Source: an uncultured delta proteobacterium (GTDB lineage Bacteria > Desulfobacterota > Binatia > UBA9968). Taken from it: DNA of 64,000 nt. The first letter of the stretch is position 1. Each line of letters starts with the position of its first letter. Both the position numbers and the translations under genes were made by a program. The DNA is taken from the NCBI GenBank assembly GCA_963727625.1, contig CAVSHR010000004.1, forward strand, positions 1,056,001 through 1,120,000. Reading direction: 5' to 3'. This document shows, in pieces, positions 40,596 to 51,022 of this stretch. Below the pieces are notes generated by a model that worked only from the letters and a program-made list of their open reading frames with translations, was not told the origin of the DNA and made no database searches.

Positions 40596-41530
40596 TCTAT
40601 TTCCTATTGAAATGTTTCCGCAATCTAATGGATTGCCCAGGGTTGGGCAAGGAGGCGCGGGAATAGCAACGTCATGGTCGTGGGGAAAGGGTCGTGAGCG
40701 GGTTTACGAAGGATAAAGTATAAAACTAAAAAGACGCGAGTGTGATCGTGGCTCAGCGGCCGGAGATTGGGATCGGCGGGAGAGCGTCTGGATGACGCGG
40801 TTGCTCATCGGGGACTGCTTCGTTTCAGACGTTCAAGGAGCCTGTCCTGAGTTTATCGAAGGGTTCAATCGCTGCGCTGCGTTCAAATCGTTTCCGGATA
40901 GGTGTCGGGCACCGACAAATGGGCAAGAGTGGGTTACAGCCGGCGACGTGACTGGGGAAAAGGTCGTGATCGTGGCTCGGTGAAAAGCAGTGGGCGGCTT
41001 CCCCCGCCTTTCTATGGCCATCTTACTCTCACTTATCCCGTGTTCCGAATCTGGTGGGACGCGACAGGAGCACTAACGTGGTCCTGTTCGTGATTCGTGG
41101 TGGGGACGAAAAACCGTGTTCGCGAACGAGAGAAGGGCCGTGCGTGTGGCTCGTGACCTCGTAAGAAACTACCGGGATCGTCATTCGTGGACGTGCGGGG
41201 GAAACTTCCACGTTTCGGGAATTCTCGAAACGTCGAAATGTCAGAGCAGGCATGAGCAACAGGCGTGAGACGGAGAAGAGTCGGATGAAATTGAAATACA
41301 AAATCCGTGGACGGGACTCGGCCTCGTGATCAGTAAACCGACCGTAATCGGACTGCATTCTAAGGGACCACCGGTCCGATTGTCCAAGATGAAATTCCTA
41401 TATCACTGTTATTGGTTTTTCTCATATCACTCTGCCGAGGACAGCGCCGTGATGATTGGACTCACGACCGGTTGAAGTCGTTCGAAACGTTTCATCGCCG
41501 CGTTCCCGGCGCCGCTTCAAGGTTCAATGT

Positions 41531-42849
41531 CAGAAGCGTCCGACACGTTTCACAATAAAATCAGTTGGTTAGGGTCGTCGTAGAGATGTTCGTTGGTTGC
41601 CGAGTAGGTAAGGAGTTGAAACAAGGGAGTTTTCTCGAACGGTGTGATGCTCAGAATCTGTAGCATTTCGTGCAGGGACAACTCCAGATTGAGACGTTTG
41701 CGAACGATGGCAACTAGCACGTACACGGCTACCGCGATCCAGACCTGGGTCTTCACGGCGTTCTCGGATGTGCCGAAGAAGCGCTTGATGCGGAGGTGTT
41801 GCTTGATCCACTTGAAGAACAGCTCGACTTGCCAGCGCGATTTGTATAGCTGGCAAATGGTGAGAGGTGCCAAGGTCATATGATTGGTCAAAAACACCAA
41901 CCGCCGTCCTTCGGCATCGCGATAGCGAATCCGGCGCAGGCGCGCGGGATAGGCCTTCACAGAACGCGGTACGACCAAGTTTACTTCCTGGTCGCAGAGC
42001 AATCCGGTGCGGCGATCGACCGGTCGGGAGTAGACGCGCTTGAATTTGAAGTTGGCTTTGGCACGAGTGACGAAGAAGCTGGCGTCCTGATCGAGGCGGT
42101 ACAGCCGCTCGAAGTCGATGTAGCCGCGGTCCATGACGTAGAACGCGCCCGGTTCGGCAATCAACACATCGAGAACATTGACATCGTGCAGCTTGCCGTC
42201 GGAGATGTGAATGAAGCTGGGAATCGCGCCGCGCAAGTCGAGCAGCGTGTGCAGCTTGATCGCCGCTTTGGTCTTGCGAAACTTGGCCCACGCGAACAGC
42301 GACAAGCACAAGTCGATGGTGGTGGCATCCAAAGCGTAAACCGTCTCGGCAAGCTCCACAGAAAGAGAGTCCTGGGAATACAGTCTGCGTGCGGTGCGGA
42401 TAAGTGCATGAGCGTACTCGGCAAAGATGCGCCAATCGCGCGACTCGTTGGCGTCGGCCAGAGCACTGCGGCTTAGCTTGCCGCGAAGACCCATATGATA
42501 GAGCTTGGCGGGCTGCGCGCGCAAACACGCCTCGATATCGCGCAGGCTTTCGCGGTAGGTTAGCTGTGCGAAGGCCATCGAGAGAAACTGGTCCAAGCAG
42601 CTGAAGGTGCGCACGTTGAAATCGCCACGATACTTCGCCACCAGCCGACGAAACGTATGCCACGGCGCAAACTCCATGAGTTGTGCGAATACCAGATTGC
42701 CTGTGTGCATCGGTGCCTCCCGGGAAAGTCCCGAAAGACTGCCGACAATGACAATATAAATTCAAATCGTTAACACCTCGATACTTTATGAACACTGCGC
42801 AATACCTAGCTTTTTATCAGAGAGACCTAAAATCTGTCGGACGCTTCTG
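41531..42849 (-). mobile_element. IS4-family insertion sequence
   Basis: Perfect 15-bp inverted ends CAGAAGCGTCCGACA / TGTCGGACGCTTCTG; 9-bp duplication GTTCAATGT. Confidence 0.92.
41550..42710 (-). CDS. IS4-family transposase (DUF4372 plus DDE)
   Basis: FAQLTYRESLRDIE, DATTIDL, MDRGY, YKSRWQVELFFKWIKQHL. Confidence 0.95.
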   Translation of the reverse strand: MHTGNLVFAQLMEFAPWHTFRRLVAKYRGDFNVRTFSCLDQFLSMAFAQLTYRESLRDIEACLRAQPAKLYHMGLRGKLSRSALADANESRDWRIFAEYAHALIRTARRLYSQDSLSVELAETVYALDATTIDLCLSLFAWAKFRKTKAAIKLHTLLDLRGAIPSFIHISDGKLHDVNVLDVLIAEPGAFYVMDRGYIDFERLYRLDQDASFFVTRAKANFKFKRVYSRPVDRRTGLLCDQEVNLVVPRSVKAYPARLRRIRYRDAEGRRLVFLTNHMTLAPLTICQLYKSRWQVELFFKWIKQHLRIKRFFGTSENAVKTQVWIAVAVYVLVAIVRKRLNLELSLHEMLQILSITPFEKTPLFQLLTYSATNEHLYDDPNQLILL

Positions 42850-42933
42850 GTTCAATGTTCAAAGGGTCCAAGGACCAGCTTCGTCGGGGGAACTTCCACG
42901 TTTCGAGAATTCTCGAAGTGTCGAAATGACGGT

Positions 42934-43233
42934 CTAGATAAGCCGGCCCGAGGTCTGAACAACCTTCTCCAGTGCCTTCAACAACACCCGCGTTTCCCCC
43001 TGGTGCTTGAGCCAGTAGCGGACCTCTTTCCCGGCGGTGTCGTATCTCACGATATCGGCTGCGCGCAGCTTGGCCAGGTGACCGCTGACGGTTTGCACCG
43101 AGCGCCCGGCGAGTTTGGCCAGCGCGCTCGGCGTCATCGGTCCGCCTCGATCCAGGAGAATAACCAGATGGTAAATGACCGGATTGCCAAGCAGCCGACA
43201 GAGCCTCGACTCGCGATATTCGGTTTCGTCCAT
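42934..43233 (-). CDS. ArsR/SmtB family winged-helix regulator
   Basis: LGNP...MTPSALAK...TVSGHLAKLRAADIV. Confidence 0.8.
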   Translation of the reverse strand: MDETEYRESRLCRLLGNPVIYHLVILLDRGGPMTPSALAKLAGRSVQTVSGHLAKLRAADIVRYDTAGKEVRYWLKHQGETRVLLKALEKVVQTSGRLI

Positions 43234-43304
43234 CGCCAGCGATGTACGGCGAAACCGCCGACCCTGTCAAGCGCCCTTCCACGTTTCGGGAATTCTTAAA
43301 AAAT

Positions 43305-43595
43305 CTACCGGTAACTGCCACGGCGCAGGAGGGCTCTAATCTCGTCGTGGTTGCCAAGAAAGGAAACATAAAGTTCGGGGCCTCGGTCTTGAAAGAGAAA
43401 TCGAAGATCCCGGTTGCCGCGGCATTCAAAGAGCTTGTCTCCTAACTTGCGGATTCCCACACCGCTGTGCACATGGGGCCGGCCAAAACCATCCACCAGG
43501 TCACAAAGCGCAAGGAGACATTCTACTCTTTCGTTCTTTGGCAGTTCGCGCAGGCGGCGGATGACCGCGGGATCGATGGTAAGAAGCTTACTCAA
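43305..43595 (-). CDS. RelE-like putative toxin
   Basis: GIRKL..KLFECR...RFLF...LGNHDEI; overlaps the upstream antitoxin. Confidence 0.65.
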   Translation of the reverse strand: MSKLLTIDPAVIRRLRELPKNERVECLLALCDLVDGFGRPHVHSGVGIRKLGDKLFECRGNRDLRFLFQDRGPELYVSFLGNHDEIRALLRRGSYR

Positions 43596-43866
43596 GCATA
43601 TTCCTAAGCTCTTGCACCGTTACCGACGCGAGTTTTTTGTCCCGCTTCAAGCGCCGATAGCGCCGGTCGGTGGCTTTTTCCAAGGCGGCCACCTGCTCGG
43701 GCGGAGCGCCATACTCCCGCTGGGCATAGTCTGTGGACTCGACGTCGACCTTCCTGAGCGCGACGATGTCGGCGCCGCAGACAATACCGATATCCTCGCC
43801 CCGCGCCGCCGCCTCGAGCCAACGGCCCAAATTCTTCTTCGCATCCGTGATCGTTAGGGTCTTCAT
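43588..43866 (-). CDS. Phd-like antitoxin
   Basis: MKTLTITDAKKNLGRWLEAAARGEDI. Confidence 0.7.
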   Translation of the reverse strand: MKTLTITDAKKNLGRWLEAAARGEDIGIVCGADIVALRKVDVESTDYAQREYGAPPEQVAALEKATDRRYRRLKRDKKLASVTVQELRNMLE

Positions 43867-44175
43867 AAAGACTCTATATCGCCGCTATATAGATCTGTCA
43901 AGGATGGAGCCAGGGCTCTTTCCTATCGTTCCTAACGGGGATCGGAGCGTTCCGGCCGTTTACGAATAGGCGTGCGGCGCGAGGCAACAGGCGCGAGTGC
44001 CGGAATGAGGAGGGATAAAGGATAATAGCGCTATCGGCGTTCAAGCGTTCAAGGTTTAAGGGTTCAAGGACGGATTCTCAGGGGAACTTCCAGGTTTCAG
44101 AAATTTTTGAAACGTCGAAATGAAAAATAGCCAGAAGGCATCCGGCAACAGGCGATCGCCAAAGCCAAATTCACG

Positions 44176-44392
44176 CTCAATTGCTCAAGCTTGATCCGGA
44201 GGTCCTTTTGAAGCTCGACGGTTTGCCCAAGCCGAATGAAAGCTCGAACCACGTAGACACTCATCCGTACCGCGTGCCGGCTATTGAGCACATCGGCTGT
44301 CATGATCGCGCCGTGCCCGTGAAGACCTAGGGTCGATACTTGATTTTTTTCTCGCGTTTCAAGATCACAGATTGTGATCTTGAAACTGCGAT
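44176..44392 (-). pseudogene. ORF6N-domain protein remnant
   Basis: HGAIMTADVLNSRHAVRMSVYVVRAFIRL, preceded by a degraded SQIVILK...KYRP; boundaries approximate. Confidence 0.65.
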
Positions 44393-44614
44393 GGCGATGG
44401 CCTCAGCGCGGCTCGAACGAAAACTGACACCCGCAGGAAATTTCTCTCGCCAAATACGCTGCCCACGCAAAGGTCACCCAACCCGTGACCCCCATGGAAA
44501 TTTGATCTCTTAACTTGGCGAGCTTTGCGCGAGATATTCCGATTTCTTGGCCGCGGCTCTGCCGCGCCGGACCCTTCGCGGTGCATAATGCGCCACACCA
44601 AAGCCTGAATAACC

Positions 44615-45655
44615 TCAATCCTCGACGATCGACACGGTCGCCTTGACGCCTTTCTCTGCGAGGATCCGAACATACTCTTTTTGGATTTCCGCCGGCTCTT
44701 CGGCCATCGGGATCATCGTCCAGAGCGGATTGCGAAAGCGGTCGTGGCTGTATTTCGGGCTGTCGCCGCGCATGGCGAAGTGGCGCATGGCGCCTTGGCC
44801 GGTGTTGAAGTGGCCGTGCCACATGAGATCGTCGGGCGAATAAACCGTGCCGACCTTGAAATCGTGGCGCTGCTTTTCCTCGCCGTCTTTCCACAGCATG
44901 ACGTATCCCTCGCCTTGGGTGATGATGATCACCGCGCCGGGGCCATGGCGGTGAAAGGTGCTGCGGCAGCCCGGCGGAAATTCCGATACATGGCAGCCGT
45001 AAGTCGTATCAGCCAGGGTAAAGCGCATATGCCGCACGCCCTTCCCTTTCATCGGAAACTCGTCGAGCGGAAATTGATTGACGTCCGGAACCAGGTTGGT
45101 TTCCCAGTAACGCTCGGCCATATGCTTATTGTAGCGGAGAAAATCATCGCCCTGATGAAAGCGGTCGCGAAAATTGAACGGATTGCGAAAAATAAAATCC
45201 CGGTTATGAAAAATATTGATCATGCGCGGACAGGTGGTGCCGACGAACAAGCGCACCGGTTCGTCGCGCGCGCCGTTGTAGTGAACATAGGATGAGTTCA
45301 GCGGTATGGCGAAAATCGCCCCGGGACCCCACTCGAAGGTCACTTTACTGGACCCGTCCTGCCAGATCGCAGTGGCGCCCCGTCCTTTGGCGACGTAGAC
45401 GATCTCCTCGAACAGATGGCGCTGCGGCAGGGTCTCCCCGCCCGGCGCGATCTCGCAAACATAGGCGTCGGTCTGCTGCTGGTTGGAAAGATTGAGATAA
45501 CAGCCGCGCGCGCCCATTCGCTCCCAGGGATCGAGCGTTAACTCGATTACGTCGTTGACCACGTTCCCCTTGACGATGGGAATGCCCTCTTCGGCTTGCA
45601 GAAGATCGTAGGGGGTCGGTCCGAAATCGAGATGTTCGCGGAACGGCAAGAGCAT
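44615..45655 (-). CDS. Cupin domain protein (bicupin)
   Basis: PQRHLFEE..YV.KGRG and HRHGPGA...WHGHFN; AGGAG RBS before MLLPF. Confidence 0.85.
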   Translation of the reverse strand: MLLPFREHLDFGPTPYDLLQAEEGIPIVKGNVVNDVIELTLDPWERMGARGCYLNLSNQQQTDAYVCEIAPGGETLPQRHLFEEIVYVAKGRGATAIWQDGSSKVTFEWGPGAIFAIPLNSSYVHYNGARDEPVRLFVGTTCPRMINIFHNRDFIFRNPFNFRDRFHQGDDFLRYNKHMAERYWETNLVPDVNQFPLDEFPMKGKGVRHMRFTLADTTYGCHVSEFPPGCRSTFHRHGPGAVIIITQGEGYVMLWKDGEEKQRHDFKVGTVYSPDDLMWHGHFNTGQGAMRHFAMRGDSPKYSHDRFRNPLWTMIPMAEEPAEIQKEYVRILAEKGVKATVSIVED

Positions 45656-45782
45656 GATCCGAACTCCTTTGTAACCTGATCTTTCATAACACGAATCCAT
45701 GGACCGATGACAATCCTTCACCCAGCGAATTTCGACCGCGTTGCACTTGCGGCAAGGCGGAACTCTCCCGTATATTTTATCG

Positions 45783-46157
45783 ATGAAAAATAATCTCGCA
45801 CCTGGAATCGTTCGCACCCGCACCTATGCCACCAACCTGGAGATGCGCGCGCGCCAGCTCAAGACGGATGTTTTCTCCACTCCGGCAATGATCGGCTTGA
45901 TGGAGAGAACCAGCGTCGAGCTGACCGAGCCCTACCTCGATGAAAATGAGCAAACCGTCGGCATCCACGTCGACGTTCGCCATATGGCGCCGACCAAAAT
46001 CGGCCAGAGCGTCACCGTGACCGCCGAGCTTTTGGAAGTGAAAGACAACAAGCTCCGTTACGCCGTATCGGCGATCAATGATCAGGGCGTTAAGATCGGC
46101 GAGGGACTGCACCGTCGGGCCGTGATCGACACCAAGCGCTTCAGCGGCGACGCGTAA
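45783..46157 (+). CDS. FlK-like hotdog-fold thioesterase
   Basis: VFSTPAMIGLME, TVGIHVDVRHMAPT, IGEGLHRRAVI. Confidence 0.85.
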   Translation: MKNNLAPGIVRTRTYATNLEMRARQLKTDVFSTPAMIGLMERTSVELTEPYLDENEQTVGIHVDVRHMAPTKIGQSVTVTAELLEVKDNKLRYAVSAINDQGVKIGEGLHRRAVIDTKRFSGDA

Positions 46158-46487
46158 GCTTCAGGCGTGGCCTGTTCGCCTACCCGGTGCCCTTGAAAAC
46201 GCTGAAATTCGTAACCGATTACGCCAGTCCTGAAATCAACCGGCGTTCAGCGCTTATTTCAAAAAAACAGCCGGCAAAGAACCGGAAATTGTCCTGCCGG
46301 AACCGATGGACAAGGCGTTAAAGAACTTGAAGCGTTCACCGGAGGTAGTGGAGATGCGGAAAAAACTGGCCGGGCCGGCGCCGCTGCCGCACGATGACGC
46401 GAGCGAACTTTTGGTGTTGCATCGGTCTTATTGATCCCAGCCATTTTTCGGGCGAGGTTCATCCCCGACCTCACTTATCAAGCCTGC

Positions 46488-46964
46488 CTAGTACCCCCCG
46501 AACAAAAGACCCGCCGGCCAGCGCATTTCGAGCGTATATTCGAATAATCCCCATATAAGCGCGTAAGCACAGCCGGCTAGAATCAAAGAAGTGAGCCATT
46601 TTTCTTTGCCCTCGACGAGAGCATAGAGAAACACCAACAACGGCAGGCTGATGACGATGCCGATCAGCCATATCCCCACGGCGCCGCCGATAAACCAGGC
46701 GAAAAAAGTGAGAGTACGGATCAGTTCGACGCGCTTATCGACCATCCCGCCGTGGGTCTCATCCATCTCGATGGTGCCCCCCGTCCGGGCTTGCCGTGCC
46801 TCCCAGCCGCTCGCTTCGCGGTAAAGCTGGATCAGCGAGAGCACAAGCCCCGGAATCGCAGCGATATAAACCGGCATGAGCTTGGCGATATAAGGCCACT
46901 CCCAGCCCCACCAGATGGCACCGACAAAGATTAGGATCAGCAACACAGTAAAATTAACTGTCAT
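46488..46964 (-). CDS. Tripartite tricarboxylate transporter small subunit, TctB-like
   Basis: Hydrophobic protein ending WP.G; overlaps the tctA end. Confidence 0.75.
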   Translation of the reverse strand: MTVNFTVLLILIFVGAIWWGWEWPYIAKLMPVYIAAIPGLVLSLIQLYREASGWEARQARTGGTIEMDETHGGMVDKRVELIRTLTFFAWFIGGAVGIWLIGIVISLPLLVFLYALVEGKEKWLTSLILAGCAYALIWGLFEYTLEMRWPAGLLFGGY

Positions 46965-48477
46965 CGTCGCCTCCGGCAGCTGCATCTGCCTTGGACGCGC
47001 TTCTCATCCGTCCCCGCACGGCAAAAAAGAACGAGGTGCTCGCCAGGATCAATAGCGCGATCACGGCCGGGCGAGAAAGCCAGGTAAATCCGTAGCTCAT
47101 CATGGAACGATAGAGATAGCGCTCCATCAAGCTGCCCAGCACTAACCCGAGAACCATCGCCGGCCGCGGATAGCCACAGCGCCGCATCAGGTAACCGAGG
47201 ATGCCGAAAATCACCACGCTCAAAAGATCCGCGGCGTCGCGAGTGACGCTGAAAGCGCCCATCAGAATAAAAATAAAAATCGTCGGCACCATGATCGAGT
47301 AGCGCACTTGGGCGAGTTTGGCCAGCTGCGCGGCCAAGCCGAAGCCTATCAAGCTCCCGACGATTCCCGAGATGCCTTGAATCCAGACCACGCTGTAGAT
47401 CACGTCCGGATTTCTTTTGATCATCTCGGGCCCGGGCAAATAACCCCATGCCAGCAAGGCAACGATAAACAGCGCGGTCACCACCCCTTGGGGAAAACCG
47501 AGCAGCAAGGTCGTGATCAGGTCGCCGCCGTCCTTGGCGTCGTTGGCGCTTTCCGGCGCGATGACGCCGCGCACATCGCCGGTGCCGAAGGATTTTCCGC
47601 CGTCCTTGCTGGTCTGCGCCGCGTGACCGTAGGCGAGCCAATCCACCACCTGCGAGCCGATGCCCGGAACGATGCCGACCCATACGCCGAGAAAACTGCA
47701 GCGCACCACTAACCACCATTCGCGCAGGGTATCCTTCACGCCGTCATAAAGTTTTCCGGTCAGCGGTGCCGGCTGCTGCTCGACGCCGAGCCGGTGTAAA
47801 GCTAGATCCAACGCGGCAGGAATACCGAACAAGGCCAGGGCAATGATGCTGATCGAAATCCCGTCCAACAGATAGGGCTCGTCGAAAACAAAGCGCATGA
47901 TGCCGCTTTGCTCCTGTTGGCCGACGGTGGCGAGCAATAGGCCGAACGCCGCGGCAATCAGCCCCTTGATCGGCCGGCGCCCGGCGAGCACTGCGACCAT
48001 GCTCAGGCCCCAGAGCACGACGACAAACAGTTCCGGCGAGCCCATTAAATAAATCAGCGGCTTCGCCACCGGGATCGCCACTGCAAGAGTAAAGGTGCCG
48101 ATCAGCGAGCCCATACCGCCGGCCATAAAAGATGCGCCCAAAGCGCGCCGGGCTTCGCCCCGTTTGCCCATGGGATAGCCGTCGAGGATCGTCGCCTGCG
48201 ACCCGGCACCGCCGGGGATGCCGAACAGCACCGGCAAGTACGCCGCGCAGATCGCGCTCACCGAGCTCGCGCCGATCAGCAGCGCGATGCCGGTGACCGG
48301 TTCCCATTTGATCACGACCGGAAGCATGATGGCGTAAACTAGCGGCATGCCCAATCCCTGCGGCGCGACGGCCGTAAAGGTGCCGATGCTGACCCCGACC
48401 AGCATGGCGAAAAACACCTTGAAATGAAGGATATTCAGAAATCCTTTGATGGCGGCGTCGACGAGAGAGATTTCCAT
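46954..48477 (-). CDS. tctA: Tripartite tricarboxylate transporter permease TctA
   Basis: ATILDGYPM, GVIAPESANDA, PAMVLGLVLG. Confidence 0.9.
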   Translation of the reverse strand: MEISLVDAAIKGFLNILHFKVFFAMLVGVSIGTFTAVAPQGLGMPLVYAIMLPVVIKWEPVTGIALLIGASSVSAICAAYLPVLFGIPGGAGSQATILDGYPMGKRGEARRALGASFMAGGMGSLIGTFTLAVAIPVAKPLIYLMGSPELFVVVLWGLSMVAVLAGRRPIKGLIAAAFGLLLATVGQQEQSGIMRFVFDEPYLLDGISISIIALALFGIPAALDLALHRLGVEQQPAPLTGKLYDGVKDTLREWWLVVRCSFLGVWVGIVPGIGSQVVDWLAYGHAAQTSKDGGKSFGTGDVRGVIAPESANDAKDGGDLITTLLLGFPQGVVTALFIVALLAWGYLPGPEMIKRNPDVIYSVVWIQGISGIVGSLIGFGLAAQLAKLAQVRYSIMVPTIFIFILMGAFSVTRDAADLLSVVIFGILGYLMRRCGYPRPAMVLGLVLGSLMERYLYRSMMSYGFTWLSRPAVIALLILASTSFFFAVRGRMRSASKADAAAGGDDDS

Positions 48478-48684
48478 AAAGGCGCTTCTTGCATGCCTTT
48501 CTAAGTTGCGCTGGTTAACGAACTGCTACTGCTGCCGTTTCCTCGTTGCGGACAATGGCTTGAGCTGTTTAAACTTCGACTTGGAATAACGGATTTTGGA
48601 AACGTAAGCCAGACTTTTTATTTATTTCAGAAATAAACCGGAGACGGCAACCCAGGTTAACCGCCTGCCGTCATGACCCACCGG

Positions 48685-49094
48685 CTATCGTGGCGGTAGC
48701 GGTCCCGCCCCGGACATTCTTTTCAGCGGATCCAAGGTCTCCGCGTCACGCGAAATCTCCGCGACCACTTTGGTCAACTGATCGGCGTCGAGCGGCGAGG
48801 CGTCGTCAGCCCGTCGGGAGCGACCGATTTGTAAATGTGATTGGCGCCTTTGCGTCCGCCGCCGCCGTTCATGTATTCGATCACCACGGTGGGGTTTCCG
48901 GGAATATGTTTTTTGAGAAACGGCAGCATGGCCTTGACCCGCAGGTCGCCGGTGCCGCCCGGCGCCGTCGTGGCGATCAGCGTCACCGTCTTGCCCTGAA
49001 AAAACTTGCTTTGACACCAGCCGAGCGTCGGTGCCGCTAACGCCGGAACCGCCACCGCGCAGAGCAAATTTCGTATCGACTTCGATAACTCCAT
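48685..49094 (-). pseudogene. TctC/Bug solute-binding protein, internally deleted
   Basis: N-terminus GKTVTLI...PGGTGD...IPGNPT...PDGLT joined out of frame to a C-terminal GAGPLPPR. Confidence 0.75.
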
Positions 49095-49625
49095 AGCAAA
49101 TCTCCTCTCAGAGGCGCGACGGCCGAGGGTCTGCACCGATTATCGCTTTGATCAGCTTGACGAACCCGGCATCATGAATTTCACGGATTACCTTCTGACG
49201 CGACTCGAACGACATCCGGGCCTCGCTGATCGCCGCGACGTCCTCCTCGCTTACATCGGCAACTTGACGGGACAGCCCATTCGATCGTAAAACTGGATCA
49301 CCGCACGCCACCGCCCATGGACCCGAAAGCGATCGTTTCCAATCAGCTCGTTGCGCAGCAGAAAAAATTATCCCAGCGAAATTTTCTAAGTCAACGCGTT
49401 TTTATACTTTCCGTTGAGATTTCCACGAGGTCCCGGCACCGGGTTTCTCAGGCATAGCGCGCGAAGCCGCGCTGTTGGGGGGCTGCGGCATGATCCGATC
49501 GCCATGGCGGCGCAGTCATCCCCGCTCCCCTCCCCGCTGAGCCATGCCGTTTAGGTGATGCGCACAAGTTGAATTTGCGCCGCGGACCGGGCGGTGGTAC
49601 AAGTCTCGAAATTGGAGGGACGTCT

Positions 49626-50186
49626 ATGAAACTATACTCCTACCAACCTTGACCCTACGCCCACAGGACAAGGATTGTCCTGGCCGAGAAAAACATTCCC
49701 CATCAACTCATCGAGTGCGATCTCGCGAATAAACCGAAGGATCTATTGGAGCTCAATCCTTACGGCAAAGTTCCGGTGCTCGTCGACGGCGATGGCGTTA
49801 TTTACGAGTCCGCGATCATCAACGAATATCTCGAGGAGAAATATCCCGAGGTCCCGCTCATGCCCGAGGACCCGTTGAAGCGCTCCCACGCGCGCATCTG
49901 GATCGACTACTGCAACACCCGCCTGCAGCAAGCCGCCGGCTACATTGCCCATAACCACGAAGTTGAAAAGTCCAAAGAGAAGTTGCGCGGGTATCTGGAA
50001 AATTTGAATCAAGAGATGAGCGGCAAAGATTACATCGCCGGCGATTATTCGCTTGCGGACATTACTTACATTCCGTTTTTTTGCCGCTTGCAGCGCTACC
50101 AGGCCGCCATAGGAAACGACTTGCCGTACCTGAAGGCGTGGATGGAGCGGCTGCTGGAGCGCCCCGCCGTGCGGTCTACGCCGTAA
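49626..50186 (+). CDS. Glutathione S-transferase family protein, probable selenoprotein (U at codon 9)
   Basis: GGAGGG RBS; MKLYSYQP(TGA)PYAHRTRIVLAEK in frame with LNPYGKVPVL...YESAIINEYL...SLADI. Confidence 0.85.
49664..49682 (+). promoter_or_regulatory. Bacterial SECIS-like hairpin
   Basis: CAGGACAA-GGA-TTGTCCTG, starting 11 nt after the in-frame TGA at 49650-49652. Confidence 0.75.
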
Positions 50187-50270
50187 ACGTCGAGCGGCTT
50201 TCCGGATTTAAGCGCGGGAGCGAGATAAAAACTTGAAGGGTCCGCAGTCGCCGCAGCCGTTGCAGCCTGA

Positions 50271-50432
50271 CTAGCGGCCCATGGCAAAGCGTAGCCCAAG
50301 TTCGGAGACTCTAGTGTCAGTGTCGTCCAATTGCACCAACGAGCTCTCCCAACTACGATGGACCGACATCAGCGAGAGTAACGAGAAAAAAACGAAAACC
50401 AGCGCCAGAAGCGTACCCGATAAGCCCTTCAT
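50271..50432 (-). CDS. Candidate small membrane protein (53 aa)
   Basis: MKGLSGTLLALVFVFFSLLSLMSV... after a GAGGTG RBS; below the ORF-track size cutoff. Confidence 0.35.
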   Translation of the reverse strand: MKGLSGTLLALVFVFFSLLSLMSVHRSWESSLVQLDDTDTRVSELGLRFAMGR

Positions 50433-51022
50433 AATTCACCTCTGAACCATCTCCTAATTCGGCATTCGGTACTGATAGACGTTCACGCTCTGAATTCGTT
50501 TACCGATCGCCAGCGTTTCATCCTTGGCGGAACGAAATTACTGCTTTCGGTCCAGCATTGTCGCAAGGCCCGTGCCGGAGATCCCTTATAATCAAAAACC
50601 TCTCCAATGCGCTCCGTTCTACCCAAGCTTCAGGGCAAATTGCAGCTCACACCGAACATAATTGTGCGTTTAGAGCGACGAATCGAGCCGACTTAGAGAG
50701 ACCGGATCTCAGTCGGTTTTACGCCCGAAAGCATCGACACAGGGCTCACACCTTAAGCCAATGTCGCAGAATATGAGCTTTTGGTAATTGTCGGCCTTTG
50801 ACAGGCCTGGTTTTCGCTTGACGCCTAACGTCGTCATGCCCTACTTTACCTCTCACGATTGGGGTCTAAAGGAACGACCCAATGATCCATCTAATGAGAG
50901 GATTGCACCCCATGCTCAACCGATCGCTGTGGCCAATCAGATATCTTCCGGGAGATAACAATCCGGTGAGTATTCGGTCAGACCATGGGATTTTACTGTT
51001 GCCTATTGCGTGATGCCGCCTC

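Larger units (their letters stand above)
41248..42931 (+). repeat. About 350-bp composite direct repeat, copy 2, interrupted by IS4
   Basis: Removing the IS and one target copy restores GGTTCAATGTTCAAAGGGTCCAAGG, as in copy 1. Confidence 0.85.
39744..44122 (+). repeat. Six same-orientation copies of a palindromic site (39744, 39990, 41197, 42886, 43276, 44081)
   Basis: Consensus GGGGAACTTCCACGTTTCGAGAATTCTCGAAACGTCGAAATG. Confidence 0.85.

Noticed and set aside
41569-42795. 408-aa alternative-frame ORF over the IS4 transposase, and similar long shadow ORFs (12044-13147, 16222-17421, 28714-29778, 58490-59752)
   Set aside because: They overlap well-supported genes, have Arg/Pro-rich composition typical of GC-rich shadow frames, and carry no motifs.
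39744-44122. Palindromic repeats as a CRISPR array
   Set aside because: Spacing is about 0.25-1.7 kb and irregular, the intervals contain genes, and no cas genes are present.
44400-44575. Possible structured RNA or repeat after the cupin gene
   Set aside because: It contains CTTGGCGAGCTTTGCGCG-type short repeats, but no second copy or RNA family motif could be confirmed in the window.
50625-50740. c-di-GMP-I riboswitch (CAGGGCAAA)
   Set aside because: The following GAAA-loop stem and GACGCAAAG motif are absent.
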